NCBI RefSeq assembly: GCF_018977255.1
Contig: NW_024704743.1
Location: forward strand, 86,864,001 to 86,928,000
Direction of reading: 5' to 3'
From: Callorhinchus milii
Taxonomy: Eukaryota
Length of the DNA: 64,000 nucleotides
Shown here: one piece after another, positions 13,231 to 26,699 of the stretch
Position numbering within the stretch: the stretch's first letter is position 1
Layout of the letters: each line of letters begins with the position of its first letter
Notes under the pieces: generated by a model
Told to the model about the DNA's origin: nothing
Databases searched by the model: none
The model's input: only the letters and a program-made list of their open reading frames with translations
Program-made: the position numbers and the translations under genes

Positions 13231-14362
13231 TCATAAAAGCACATGTGTTTTTTTTTTAAACATGCTTAAGCCTGGAATTCGATCCTTTGAAATTCTGAAT
13301 AATCATAACTGGTGTCCCTACGAAGAAAAAAAAAGAAAAAATAACCCCAAAACAAAATGCATTTTACACAAGGAGTTTGCTCCCTTTTTTTTGACCTCAC
13401 GTCATCATCTTCCAGCCACAAACATTCGTAACGTTATCAGAACAGCGATTGAGTTCTGAGGGAGTTTAGAACAATCTTATTCCGTTGCTGAGATATTCTC
13501 GCTTTTTGTGAGTGACCTTGAACCGAAAGGATTTGAAGAAAAACAGCAGCTATAAGCAAAGACAAAAAAAACATTGCAGCTACTTGGCTGGAATGAGGTT
13601 ATTTCTCAAGCAGCAAAATATATGAAACCGGGATTTGTGGAATATCATATCACAGAACTAAAATCTGCAATCCTATTTAGTGCATATAACTGGAGAGGAT
13701 TCAGTACAAGTTGACCACTCTTTGGTTTCCAAGATACTGTATGTTATAGGCTTGGGGGTTCAATCAATGTCGCTTTGATCTCTGCTGGAACTATAATTAT
13801 TTAACATTGTTACAAGGATTTCTATAATCCATCCTACCATTAAATCCCTTTTACGCCCTCATCTTCTGAAGCTTAATCTGCATCTATACGCTTGGTTTGT
13901 CTGTTTAACTTGTTTCATCAGTCACCTCCTTCCCAGAACACCCATGTTGATGTACTTTTAATGAAACAAGGAATTGCTTGTAATGAGAAAAAAAAACTCT
14001 GCAGGTTTGTGCTTCTGTCTGTCGAGCTCCTCTGTGTCCTTGTTCTTTACAATTAATGGGTTCAGCTACCTCATAATTCAGAGAACAATAATCACTGGGG
14101 GAAAAAAATAAAATGTGGACAAATGTTAAGTACTGACTCATAATAGATATAATTATTTCTGATAAAATCATATCTTCCTGCTATCGGACACCCTTTAGAT
14201 CTCAATAATAACTTCACTGCATTAGTTCAAACATTTTTTTCACAACAACCTATTATTTGGCAAAATATTGATTAAAAAATGCTTCCCCTCTCCCCGCCCC
14301 ACATCAGTTGTACTGAGATAAAACTTCAATGGCAGAAAGTCTGCAGATTTGCGCTTTGCTGC

Positions 14363-14671
14363 AATAATAATAATAATCCTTGCATTTGATATAGCGCCTT
14401 ATCACATCTTTGAGAAGTAGCTTACAGCAGTGTCCCACAAACAGTTGTGGATTGAAGTGACCAATTATTATTATCATTTTTTTGAAGGGATTATTGCCCC
14501 CGGAAAAGCAATCCACAAATCAACTAACAACCGGGTTCCTACTTACTGCTAGGTAAACAGAGGCGATGGAGTAAGGAAGCTTGCCCAAAGTTTCGCTCGG
14601 CAAGGGACTCAAACCCAAATCCTCTCATTTGCGAGGCAAGTGCTCTAACCAATACGCGATGACGAACTCTC
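14363..14671 (-). mobile_element. tRNA-Ala-derived SINE, long form, internally deleted
   Basis: Tail, central segment and diverged head are all recognisable. Confidence 0.88.
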
Positions 14672-15757
14672 TCACAACATAACGTGGCATGTTTATTAGA
14701 GAATCACAGCCCTGGTCCCTGGTACTCACAAACCAGGTCAAATGGTCACTCTCTCCCTCAAAACAGAAATCAAAACAAAACACAGCTACCCTCTTTGTAT
14801 AATGTATAAATATGTGATGCAATAATATACAATGTAATGCTCATTAAGATCACATTCAATTTGGGTCATGATACTCTAAACTGAATGTGATCCCTCCCCC
14901 AGTGAGATTTGACGCCAAGTCACTTCACAGGCCAGGGGGCATTCATTTAAATGCATCACGTTTCTGCTCATTCTTAAGTCTCATTTTAAATCTGTGAACG
15001 ACGAGTATATCTTTTTTAGGTCAGTCTGGTCAGGAGTCCTGCACGAGGGAGACCCAACTCCTCCATACACCGTGTCGTGGTCAGCCTGCCCGTGTGCCAG
15101 GGCCATTTATTGAACTGGAAAAGAGGTTTGGAGGCTCAATCAAACACTAGGTTGCCCATCATTCAATTCCCGTCTGGCTGTCAGCAACACTGCATCGTTT
15201 AATTTGTCAGAGGAACCTACTGATCATTTAATTTCCTTTTTTACGGAAATGAGTCCTTAACACTGCACTTCAAACTTTCTCTCACACTCACCAAGATAAC
15301 TGCATCATTTTAAGGAAACAAAACCTCTCGATACAATTATCTGGAGTTTAATTATGTACTGACTCAGTACTCTCATATTATTGGGATAGCTAGCTGCAAG
15401 ATTCACGTGGCAACTGCTTCCTTGATCTGTTCTCTCAAATTCGCTAACCTTAATCTGTGTTTTTACATAAAATCCAACTATTTCAACATGCAAATCAAAC
15501 GACAGATTTGTGTTTTTCTACTTTCTGACTATCCTCCAAGTTGATTTGTTTCATCCCCTTCTCTTTGTTTAATCACATTCTCACAGGGATTTAATGTACC
15601 CTCAGCCGCTATTTGCTTTTCTGCGCTACCTTTATCATTGTTATACCATCTCTCAGCAACCCCTATCTCTTTGTATATGTAATCCTTTTTTATTCCTCTA
15701 AAACTTCTTCTTCATATCTTTTCCTTTCACGGACTGTCTCTTCTACTCTCCGCTTAA

Positions 15758-15870
15758 CTTCTGCTGAACGGTTCACCACTAAAATGTTAACATATTTTTT
15801 GTCTTACAGGTGCTGCTTCACCTGTTGTGTATTTCCAGCTTTTTCAATGTTTTTTTCTTATTTCCTATTT
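15758..15870 (+). mobile_element. Second Penelope-like terminal repeat relic
   Basis: ttctgctgaacggttcaccactaaaatgttaac...caggtgctgcttcacctgttgtgtatttccagc is collinear with the reverse complement of 8553-8690. Confidence 0.55.
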
Positions 15871-15904
15871 TCAGTGTTCTCTTTTCATCAACAGAAATTC
15901 CGCC

Positions 15905-16140
15905 TGGTGTAGAGAGGCCCTATTACACCCAGAATTACACCCAGTACAGAGAGACCCTATTACACCCGTGTAGAGAGACACTATTACACCCCGTGTAGAG
16001 AGACACTATTATACCCAATGCAGACAGACACTATCACACCCGGTCTAGAGACCCTATTACACCCAGAAAAGAGAGACACTATTACACCTGGTATAGAGAG
16101 ACACTATTACACCCCGTGTAGAGAGACACGATTACACACG
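15905..16140 (+). repeat. Minisatellite with a ~22-25 bp unit, gtagagagacactattacaccc(c)
   Basis: About 9-10 imperfect tandem copies seen directly. Confidence 0.92.
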
Positions 16141-16235
16141 ATGCATGTACACATGAATGTAGTACACACAGCAACACTCGTGCTGTCATTAAAGAATGTC
16201 CTGTGAATGTGTGTACATCGCATTCAATATTCTCA

Positions 16236-17560
16236 TAACCGGGGAGCGGGGGTTGGGGGGTGACAGAGAGGGGGCAGGAGACCCACCTGATAACTGCTCC
16301 CTGTAAAGGGGAGGTGGCCGTAAGCACGGTCGAAGAGTAAAGTTTTCAGGCGGGACTTGAAAGAGAGAGGGGGGGCAAGGCAGAGGGATTGAGGGAGAGT
16401 GTTCCAGAGTTTTGGGGCGTAGTGGTTGAAAGTGCAATCTCCGAGGGTGGGACGGAGGGTGTGAGGGATGAGCAGGAGGCTGCTGCCAGTCGGCGCTGGG
16501 TGGTGGACTGGAGAGTGAGGAGGTTGGAGCGGTAGGGCAGTGCCAGGGAGTGAATAAATTTGAACAAGAGAGTGAGGATCTTGAAGTTGATCCGTTTGAT
16601 GATGGGGAGCCAGTGAAGCCTGGCCAGAACTGGTAAGATGTGGGTACGGAGTTTGGTCTGGGTCAGTATGCGGGTGGCACAATTTTGAATGAGCTGGATT
16701 TCGGCTGCATTTGGGGTAAGGTACGGTCGGAGGAAGGCAATGTGGCAGAGGTGGAAGAAGGCAGTCCTGCTCAGGGACCGGATGTGGGGGAGGAAGGAGA
16801 GCTGGGGATCGAACCGGACTCTGAGGTTGTGCACTGGTTCGGTCAGTCTGAGGGAGATCCCAGGGAGGTTGAGCACGTTAGGTCTGCAGGAGTGAAGACT
16901 TTGACGGAAGCCATCTTGTCCATATTCAGCTACAGGAAGTTTACCAGGAGCCAGGAGGTTTGGGGGACACGGTAAACTAGGAGGATTTTGAGGGAGAGAG
17001 AAGAGGGATGGGTTTGCTGGTGGGGTGCAATGATGGGGAGAGTGGTAAAGAGAGGATTTGTGGTCATGGGGGAGAAGTGACTATGGAGGTTGAGGAGCAG
17101 GGAGAGTTGGAGAGGATACGGATGAGGGAGAGGGAAGAGGTGTTTGTCTTTCGGAGGCGGTTAGTGCAAAGAGAGTGAGCGATGGGACAGTTTGGGTGGC
17201 TCCTCTGGGACAATCAATGCCGGAAGCCATGATGGGTCTGGCAGGGAATGCCCAGTCTAGAGTAGAGGGAGGTAATGGTGAGGCACAGGAAAGAGAGAAA
17301 GCGAGGAGGGCGGCGGAAGAGAAAGACAGAGTGGGAGTAACTGAGTGTGCAGAATGGGAGGAGGAACATTTTCAGGGGGAGTGGCTCGGGTCGGGTAGGC
17401 AGCCAAAACACGCACGCAGAGACTGGGAGTGAGTAATCAGTGGGGCAGCATCAGCCCGCGGGCTATGGGAGACAGCGGGGAGGGGGGAAGGGAGATGATG
17501 GTGGTCATTGCAGTCATGGCTTAGGTGCCAGAGACCGGGAGGGAAGGCTGGACAAGGTAA
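16236..17560 (-). mobile_element. L2-clade LINE relic, internally deleted and frameshifted
   Basis: Translations NLRVRFDPQLSFLPHI..TAFFHL..IQNCATRILT..PVLARLHWLPI..RINFKILTL and F..YAPKLWNTLP..FKSRLKTLLF are typical of the L2 ORF2 C-terminus. An upstream LKILLVYR segment resembles an APE endonuclease motif. Confidence 0.9.
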
Positions 17561-17844
17561 CAGAAGGATAGTAAAATATACACAATCCTTACCCTACCCT
17601 AGTGGATTTTGGATAGTATATATCAAAATACATACTTTATCAATAAATATATATTTTGTTTAACACAAAAATATCTACTTCAGTTTTGCCCAAACTAAAG
17701 TGGATCTCAATGGGGTATGAAATTAGGTATAGGGTGATCCTCAGGGAAACAGTTATGTTACTGATACCTCACTACCAAAAAAGCTTTGTGACATAAACAG
17801 CAGCTCCAATCATACTATCTGCAATATTTCAGCTGCAACCCAAG

Positions 17845-18268
17845 ATAATATAATAATAATCCTTGCATTTGATAAAGTGCCGTATTATGTTGTCGAGATG
17901 TCTCAAATTGCTTCACAGGATTTGTAGGAGAACACGCAACCAATTTGCACAGCAAAGTCCCACAAACAGTCATAAAGTGAATAACAGATTTTAGCTGGAG
18001 AATTATTGGACAGGACACTGGGAAATATTCCCTTATCTTTTTGAATACTATCCTGGGATCTTTAATGTTCACCCTCAAAGGGCAGACACTACCACGTTTT
18101 AATGTCTCATCCAAAGGACAGCACCTCTGTCAATGGAGCACTCACCCAAAACTACACTGAAGTATCAACCTAGACTATGTGAGGTTAAGACCCAAAGAGG
18201 GACTTAAACCCACAACCTTCTGACTGAGAGTGAGAGGAAAGTGCTATCAACTGAGCCAGGCTGACACT
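17845..18268 (-). mobile_element. Older Deu-domain SINE (SacSINE1/AmnSINE1-like), near full length
   Basis: tRNA-like head gtgtcagcctggctcagttgatagcac; central gaggtgctgtcctttggatgagacattaaa...gtgaacattaaagatccc, which resembles the recalled Deu domain; 3' half shared with the young family; (ATT)n tail. Confidence 0.82.
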
Positions 18269-18334
18269 CTCTGAGTTTTCTTACTTGCAGAACAATGTGC
18301 TGGTCATCAAAAATCCTGTGAATCCAACATGTAC

Positions 18335-18501
18335 TGTGTGTATGTGTGAGTGTAGGTGTATGTGTGTATGTATGAGTGTATGTGTGAGTGTTATGTGTGT
18401 ATGTGATTGTGTGAGTGTGTGTATGTATGAGTGTGTGAGTGTATGTGTGAGTATGGAGTTTGTGTGAGTGACAGTGTGAGAGTGCAGTGTATGTCAGTGT
18501 G
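18335..18501 (+). repeat. Degenerate (TG)n microsatellite
   Basis: tgtgtatgtgtgagtg... low-complexity run. Confidence 0.92.
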
Positions 18502-21500
18502 TTAGCCTCTGAAGTGATTTAGTCGGTGGCTTCGCTTGATTATTTTATTGCTTTATTAATATTGAACATTACTTACTGAATCAGGTTAAAACTCACAATG
18601 ACAAATGATCAACTGAAAAATAGTTCTCTCATACACTCTGTCCAGCTAGTGCCGCACATTAATCCAGCTAAACCAATTCATAAGTAGAAATAAAACAACA
18701 GCATCCCCAGTACTCTTCCTAAACACAGCCATTTGAAAAATACTGACTTCAACCAAATGGAAGAATTTGAAAAGCAGTCATTTTTCACAAATATATTATA
18801 ATCACAGCCCAACATTCGGACTCTCCATTACAGCAAAAGGCACTTAGTACAGTAATACGAACTGTGTGGCACTTATTTCTGTTTACCCTTATCTGCAACA
18901 CGTACATCTATTTACCTTCCTATGTACCTCCATCTCTCATGAACAATATAATCACTTTGAAAGATGTTACAATTGAATAACTTTAATCACATGTTACATT
19001 GTATTATAATAAATGCTGTTTGTTCAGTTTATTCTGCAGGTGGATGAATTCCTCATCAGTTTTTACCAGAAGAAGATATTAATAGGTTGAAATTTATTTT
19101 GAAATGAGATTGTTATTCCTGATACTGATGGCTTCATTGTCTGAAAAGTATCTCAGCTGATAGTGGTACATAAATGCAATATCTGTGTTTTTGTTGTTTT
19201 CCTTAAGAGTTCAGACTCATTGTAAATCCTTAGATCAGTAACAAGTAACCATCAATTTCCCCTGAAGCCAGTTTGTACAAAGAGTAACTCTTGCCCTGAA
19301 TCCTCAGCGCAGCCTCCCAAAACTTCACACACAGCATGAACAGATCTCAGACCCACCTCCCACTCAAATCTTAAGATAACCTTATGTTTGGTAAGCGCTG
19401 GGAACAGGGAAAGTGTACACTTTTTTTATTGCATCCTAACTTAATTCAAGCGCCTCAGCTGTTGTTTACAAACTTATCTTTGGTAACTACTGTTTTGAAT
19501 CTCAGAACGTCTGTTTTAAACAGACCTATTATGTATCTTTTCAGACATAAATGTTACCTACAGGAGGGAAATCAGCCAGGATCCACTGGGCTCTGGGATT
19601 CAATGGGACAAGATGGCCAGAAAGATTCTAAAGGAATGAAATTTGTGGCAATTATTAATTCTGTTCTTCTGCACAACATCCTTGTTCACGACAAACTAGC
19701 TACAGTACTGGGGAGAAGGAAAGAGAAGCGGCTAAGTCAGCTACAGCGGGCAGTAACAAAGAGAAAGACTGAGTTGCACAGTCTGCAACTGAAACTGAAG
19801 GAGGGAGGAGAAAGAAACCACAGGGGAACAGTGAAACAAAAGGCCTAGAGATGTAAAATGTAATGTTTCAAATCTAATAAGAAACAGTGACGTTGTTATG
19901 GACTGTTTATAGCTGTGAACATCCTATAATGTCGTCGCAGTGGTTGGCTGAAGGCATAAGCAGCTCCCACTGGACTCATTTTCCAAAAAAAAATGTAATG
20001 CTGTGATGGGGCGCAGTGGGATGGGTATTCTGGAGGGATGGATGACATCAGAAGGGGCTCTTCATCCAAACCAATCTTGTGATCTTGTGGTCAGGTTAAC
20101 ACTGCTGTCACTTTGAACCCAGACAGTGAGTGTTGGCAGGTTATTCAATAATGGGGGGGGAGGAAGGAGATCCCAGAATCCCAGATTCCTGCTGTCCAGG
20201 TCACAAATGTGGTGTTCCAGGCTCAAGCCCTCACAACAGCTTCAATGACTCTCAGTATCTGACTTGCAGTTTAATTTTTATACAATGCCCTCAGACGGAA
20301 ATTCCTTTCTGCATTTACAAGTATCTCTTAAAAGCTGTGCTCCTTCTCAGTGTAAGAATTTATTTTAACAAGAATCTCCTGTTTTTTCTTTCATGCAAAA
20401 GAATTTCCCACCATGAGAAAGAATGAAACCAAAAGGTTCTTTTTTTTAAGAATGGGGCGATGGGATGCTAGTTCCCAGTAGCTGAATATCTCTCGGTACT
20501 GTAGCTATGAGACACTCTACTCAATGGACTGAGCAGCTTCACATACATCAACATTCCTCCTTTCCCACACGTGGGAACAAACAGAGCACAGCACTGTCCT
20601 TCTGACTCGCCACCGTCCCTCCTTACTTTTAAAGCCTGCCTGACGACTTAGCTCTTTGTGCATGTTTTTAGTCATCTCTCCATCTAATCTCTCCATACCC
20701 CTCCCCAACCTCTTCAACAACAACAACTTGCATTTAAGTGGCGCCCTTTATGCAGGGTAGCGTCTCGGAGCGCTTAAGCATGTGTGTAAAGCACTTTGAA
20801 GACATCGTCCTGATGTGAAAAGCTATACAAATGTGTAATGTATTATATTTCTAATTGTGAGACCCTGTCATAAATGAGAGGTTTAACTGTTTTTAATAAA
20901 ATAACAAAACTAAAATGGCTCAGTGCTGTAGCTTGTAAACTCTGTGATATGGCCATTATGGAGCTTTTCTGAAGTATTCCTTCAGATGAATTTCCGGCAT
21001 TGCTGTACTATGTACTTTTATACCCCTACATTACATAAAGAGAACAATTTCACCATAAAGTATTGCAATAAATGCTGTAGTGTCAAATATACCTTGTGAC
21101 TTGGAATAACAGCACATGGTGGGGTTACCAATGGTGCCACAGATCCTTTGGATTCTGACCCACAAAGTAAATCAGGCAAGATTCCAACAGGCTTTGACAT
21201 GAGCCAGTATCCTGCAGTGTACGGGGCATAAATCCTCCTTTATATTAGGCTCCATGCCGCTTGGCAATAAAGATGGTGGAATAAAGATACCTTCACTGAT
21301 TTTGCCCCTTTGTTTTCTTAAGGGTATAATTCACAACTCGGGACTTGTGGTCCACTAGGAGGAGGCAGAGCTCATGTGGAGCAGCTTCACTCCGCATCAC
21401 AAGCAGCATCCAGAGCAAATTCAGTTACTGCAAGGAGCAAATGTGCAGTGTGCTGGGCAGGACGGAGTTACAATCGCTCCGCGTTTCTCAGATAACAAGC

Positions 21501-22529
21501 TGCAGAGTTATCAGTCGCGACAATGTTTCTAAACAGCCCTAACAAACACATTCAATCGCAGGTCTCGGCACAGCACAATTGGAGGAAATGAGCATTTGGA
21601 AAGCTGTGACTAAATTTAGCACTTTAGGTTAGCCAGATCCGCCTCACTCCGGGGAAAAGGCTCAGCTCAATATAACATGTGTGCTGCAAGTCGGTATTTA
21701 TCACTAGTTTGCAGGAAATTTACACAAAACTGGTCGCGTGTGAATGGTGTGGAGTTACACACCTTTAGTTGGATTTCAGGGCCAAAGAACTCCTGGGTGG
21801 TGCAGTGGTCTGGGGCTGCTGGCAAGACGTTCACAGCAGGCCCAGCTCACTGCGTCTGGAGCAAATCTCCTGCCAGTTTCAGACAGAAATCACAAGTGGA
21901 TTGAATGCGCCGCGCAGGTAATTTACAATCGACTGGTCTCTGAGCTGATTCACTGTAAACCCTCGAGGATCACATTCACTTTAGGTCAGAATGACCCAAG
22001 CAGAATCTGATCTCTATAAAGCTGAAAGTAGAAATGGGGCTAGAGTGTATCATTAGTAATTTGCTAATTCATTCATTTTCACGTGGTACACTTTTGGCAC
22101 AGGATTTCAGTTCTGTTTTCACAGTATTTGTTACTAAACAAAGGGCATCCCATATTACAGAGAAAGCAAAGAATTTTTAAACATTGATGTTCTGTACAAA
22201 ATAATACCAGTCTGAAGTTCAAGGGTAGATTAAGCTCATGGTGACTTGCACAAGTCAGATCAAATGTTCGAGTATGATTTGGGGGCTGAGGTCTGGTATT
22301 ACGTAAAGTGTTGATGCAGTGTGTTTGAGGAATCGGTTCTGAATGTGTTTGAAAGGACTCCAATTGTTATATTTTTAACATACAGTCTGTTATAAGAAGG
22401 CTTTGTTCCACATTCTGAGTGTCATCGGTTAGAAAATGTTACATGGTGAGCAAAGCACACGAGGGGGAGTTTGCTTCATGGCTGCAACTCAGACAACACA
22501 CAGCAAAAGGACAACGTTTACATGCTTTA

Positions 22530-23130
22530 GAATTTACAGAGGTATGAAAAACATAAGAAACAATGGATTTAAAAGAAACCATCCCATGCATTAGGCATGC
22601 TTCCACCACAGTTCACACAAAACCTATCCCATCGATTCTATCTGCTGGGAGAAAGCTCCTCATTGAGGCTCCCCGAGCCCCAAAGGCAAACAATCCATAA
22701 TGTTGGGCCATTGCCAACATCTTCACTGTTCAATCCGGACCTCCTCCCCTCCACGGTAAAGATCACCACCTCCTTGCCCAGAACACAGAAATCATTGCCT
22801 CACATGGATTCTTTGTTTAACTCAGTCTGCACCAATTCCTATCCCCACCAGCAACACTTTCCAGCAGATACTGTACTTTAGATAGTGCCTCTCCTTTAGG
22901 GAGAGGTAATCGACAGCAACAACTGTTTTTTCTTGGGAATCAATTGCAGATATCTACCACTCTGTTGGGAAAAATATCTCTTCTCTCTAGCCCTGCATTT
23001 TCAATGTTAAGCCTGTGCTCTCTAGTTCTGCTTTCTCATTCTAACTCACTCAAATAACCTCGCCAATAATTCCAAAGACAGCAAGGTTTATTTTAGGCCT
23101 CAACTGGAATATTGTGTGAAGGTATGGAGA
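22530..23130. mobile_element. Degraded CR1 fragments
   Basis: Minus-strand 3'-end motifs. Plus-strand aggcctcaactggaatattgtgtgaaggtatgg at ~23096-23128 reads RPQLEYCVKVW. Confidence 0.55.
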
Positions 23131-23339
23131 GTGGGTCTGGCACATTGTCACAGAGAAAAAGGGAAAACAGAAGAGCTACCCACATGACCAGTTACATAGC
23201 TACATTGACAGAGGTCTGGGGTAGTGGCCCATCTTCCCATTCTCTCAGTGCATGACAATTTATGGTGTGGCGATTTTGTGTTTGGGAGAAATGGTGGTAA
23301 AAGTGAAAAGATAATTCATGACAGAAGATGAACATAATG

Positions 23340-23520
23340 TGGAAGCTCATATTGGCGTCACTGTGCTCCATGTTTGAACCATGTGCACAAACTAATTACA
23401 GGTGCCTTTAATGACGTGATTAACCAATTAAAAGCTTGTTTGTTAATTACGTAATAAATAACTGGCAATTGCATAATGAATACATCCTTTAATTGAGTAG
23501 CAATTGAAAACACCTAAAGT
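23340..23520. promoter_or_regulatory. Candidate conserved non-coding enhancer
   Basis: Repeat-free, with dense TAAT/ATTA, TGACGT, Fox-like TGTTTGTT and POU-like ATTGCATAAT sites. Conservation not tested. Confidence 0.45.
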
Positions 23521-24904
23521 TCCTCTTTACACATTCACTTTCACACATTTATTGATACAGATACAGTACATGTAATAAACCTACTGGTACACATGGTTTA
23601 CACATGGTGCATAATAAGCCTCATTCTCTCATTCCACTTCATCTTTTATTTTCTACAATCTATGCCTTAACCCTTGCTGTCATGTTAGTATTTCCCGTGA
23701 GCTTTCAATTGGGAAACAATGGAATGCATGTCACTGGAATGTTTTATATTGTGCACGGTATGAACACATCACTTTAGCACTCCCTAGGCGACCCTCCCCC
23801 AATAAATGAACAATATTAGTACAGAAATGTTGCCTCAAGGGAAGTCAAGAGCATGGAATAAGTTAATCTCCGCAATTTGATTAAGTAATAGGGCAATTTC
23901 CCTGGTGCCACCATGAACTATAATTCTGTTACCATGTTCCTCTTGATGGGAAGGAAAAATATTTTAATATATTTTGATACATTTTTAATATGAGTAAAAT
24001 ATACTACAATGCACTCCTTTTCTATATTTCTATTTGAGTCCGTACAGGCTGCCTGTCTCTCCTCTCTGCCTCCTAACATAAAACAGCTCTTATCTTTATC
24101 CTACGATGGTAATTTCCTTCCAATTTATCATGCACTTCTACAGATTTAAAAGTAAATGTGAAAATTAATGATAAATGTGGAATTTGATTTTCCTGATTAT
24201 ATCAATCTTCTGTACTACAGTCAGTTCCTCTTAAGTGTAAAACCTATTTGCCATGAAATTTTATGCACTTATCAGGAATCCACACTTAACAGGAATTTAC
24301 ATGAAAATTGCATTAAACTGTGCAACTTCTGAGCAGAGTGACAATTAATTATTGACTACGCGTAACTGTTTTTTTTTAAAAAACGGACAGTGCTATTATC
24401 ATTACCATGCTATTGTATTTTGAGGTTAATGAGCGTTTGAAGGATATTGTGAGGCAGGAAGCAACAATGTGACTTTTTATATAAAAATAATTGTTTAATC
24501 GCTGCACTGACAGTACCAGAGGAGGCAAAGCACAAAGAAAACAGTGTTGAACAAGTAAATATTTAGTGATAGCAACAGTTAAATCATTGCTGTGCATCAG
24601 CTCCCTTTCCAGATCACTAACAAATTTAAGCTCCTTCTTTCAAAATAATCGTGCTTTAGATAAATCGTATTCTGCCTGACCATGCACAACAGCTTCAGGG
24701 CACAATGAGGGGTAAACACTCCTTATGTAGATTGTTGGAGCCATCTGACAGACTCGGGCAGTTAAAAATACCTAAATCACTTAAGTCACAATTTTTTGCT
24801 AAACAGCCCCATTCTACACATGGTTGGTAATATTTTAAGTAACCAATCTGCAAAAGATAGGGTCAATCACTAAGTGGTCTCATAATAAGCAATTCCCAAC
24901 ATCA

Positions 24905-25065
24905 CAAGATCAGTTCAAATGAAGAAAGCCCTTCAGAACATTTGATTTCTTGTTTATAGAATGCCCACCCTAGCATCCTCCCATAACAGCATCAAGCTGC
25001 TTTCAAATGAGTCTGGTGTCCTGGCTTCAACCACTCTTCCTGAGTTAACTTTCTCAATCCCATTT
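24905..25065 (-). mobile_element. CR1 3' fragment
   Basis: Minus-strand GRVVEARTPDSFE..L resembles the CR1 ORF2 end. Confidence 0.6.
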
Positions 25066-25367
25066 GAAAAGGTGACAATAATATTAGTGAATAAAATAAA
25101 TAAGATGTGCGCCAACAGGAGGAACATTGTGTGAAAACCCACAAAAAAAGTTACAATTCACTTTTTTAAAAACTTTTTTTAATTTAAATTTTAATGTCCC
25201 TTTTGCTGTTAATATTATTTCACAGTTAAGAACTTAGGGGTGAAATTAGAAGTATTTCATAATGCATTTTGATTCATGGAACTCTTCAAACTTCTTAGCA
25301 CTGTAACCAATAATTATCGCCGCAATCAGTATCTGCTCCCCCCAATGGACCTCTGTTTAGATTTGTT

Positions 25368-25605
25368 GTCAGTCTGCCTCAGTTAGTCCCATCCTCAGCT
25401 CTGAAGGCTGTTAGTTCAAGTCACCATGCTGAACTCACAGTCGAGGCTGATAGTGGAGTCCTGGGATGGGAGGGAGGGCTCTGATTATCAGAGGTGCTGT
25501 CCTTCTGATGAAACATTAAACAGAGATGTTGTCTATCCGATCAGGTGGATATTAAAGATCCCACGCCATAATTTTGAAAAGTGAAGGGAGTGTTTACTGA
25601 CCCAG
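25368..25605 (+). mobile_element. Old Deu SINE 5' fragment
   Basis: cagaggtgctgtccttctgatgaaacattaaac...caggtggatattaaagatccc. Confidence 0.7.
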
Positions 25606-26699
25606 AGACAAGAGCACTACTGAAAAAACAAATATGCAGCAAGGGCTGCAGGATAACAGAATCGGTGAGGCTCACATGAGGCTGCATCTGTCATCTTCTC
25701 CAATTATATGGACTTGGGTAGATGGTCCTTTTTTGTGATTCCCAAACCTCCTTCTCACCCCTTTCTTCTGACAACAGGTTTGAGAAACTTGTCATAGGCA
25801 TAATGTTCACAAACCCCCTGAATAAAACAATTAGCCATGACAAAAACTGAGTTATTTATCGGAAAACCCTATTCGTTGGCTCTAACCTAACAATTCCTTG
25901 GAGCTGAGGTCTCATGAGCTGACGTGACGTACAGTTAGTTTAGGACGAAATACCGACTGTGTCACTGGCATCTTTTCCAGCACTTTATCAGCCCAGATAC
26001 AATAGCAGTTACAATCGGAGCTCCTGCCATTGCTTCATGTGACAGTCCCTGTAACTGAGACAGAGCAGCAGCTCTCTGTATGCAGTTCATATATTTCATG
26101 GCTACTCAGAGCATGATTAAATACCTCCATGTTCAGTGAGACTCACAGGCAGCAGAAAATCGTAGATTTCTTGGCCTAATTGGCTTCCAGCATCAATTAA
26201 GAGCCTTAATTACTTTTTTCCACAAAGCACTATGAAACCATTATTAGCCACTTGTACTACCAGGCGAAAAATCACAACTTTTATTTTAAAATGTCCATAT
26301 TGCCCAAACTGATTTTTGTCTCTGAACTCTCAGGGAAGCAGGAGAACCTTTCTCTATATAATTCCAGTAGAAATTGTACACACGTTTGTATCATGTTTGT
26401 GACTAAACTTTACTCACAGTGACTAACTGAAATAAGCCATTAAAAATCTACTGCTCGAAGTTCCACCTCGTCTTAGCTTATAAGTCCATTTAGTTTTAAA
26501 TGTAAGACGCTCTAATTGTTTTAATTTGGAAGTCAGCTTTCTGCAGCACTTAAAGATAAGGAATTAGAAATGCCGCATAATTCTGCGCAATCATACATTT
26601 TAAGGCAAAATGGTCTGAGAGAGTAACGAGTTGGTGGGTAAAAGCACTACCATGCCACTGCTTGATGCAACAGTGACACCAGAGCAATGAAACTCTGCA

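Noticed and set aside
15905..16140. CRISPR-like array
   Set aside because: Units are contiguous with no unique spacers, there are no cas genes, and the context is a eukaryotic intron. It is a minisatellite.
16346..16876. Functional reverse transcriptase gene
   Set aside because: Frameshifted, contains stops and lacks the catalytic core. It is an L2 relic.
19384..19848. 154-aa ORF with a basic, coiled-coil-looking end
   Set aside because: No recognisable domain or splice support. It is antisense within an intron, and the purine-rich composition explains the K/R/E content.
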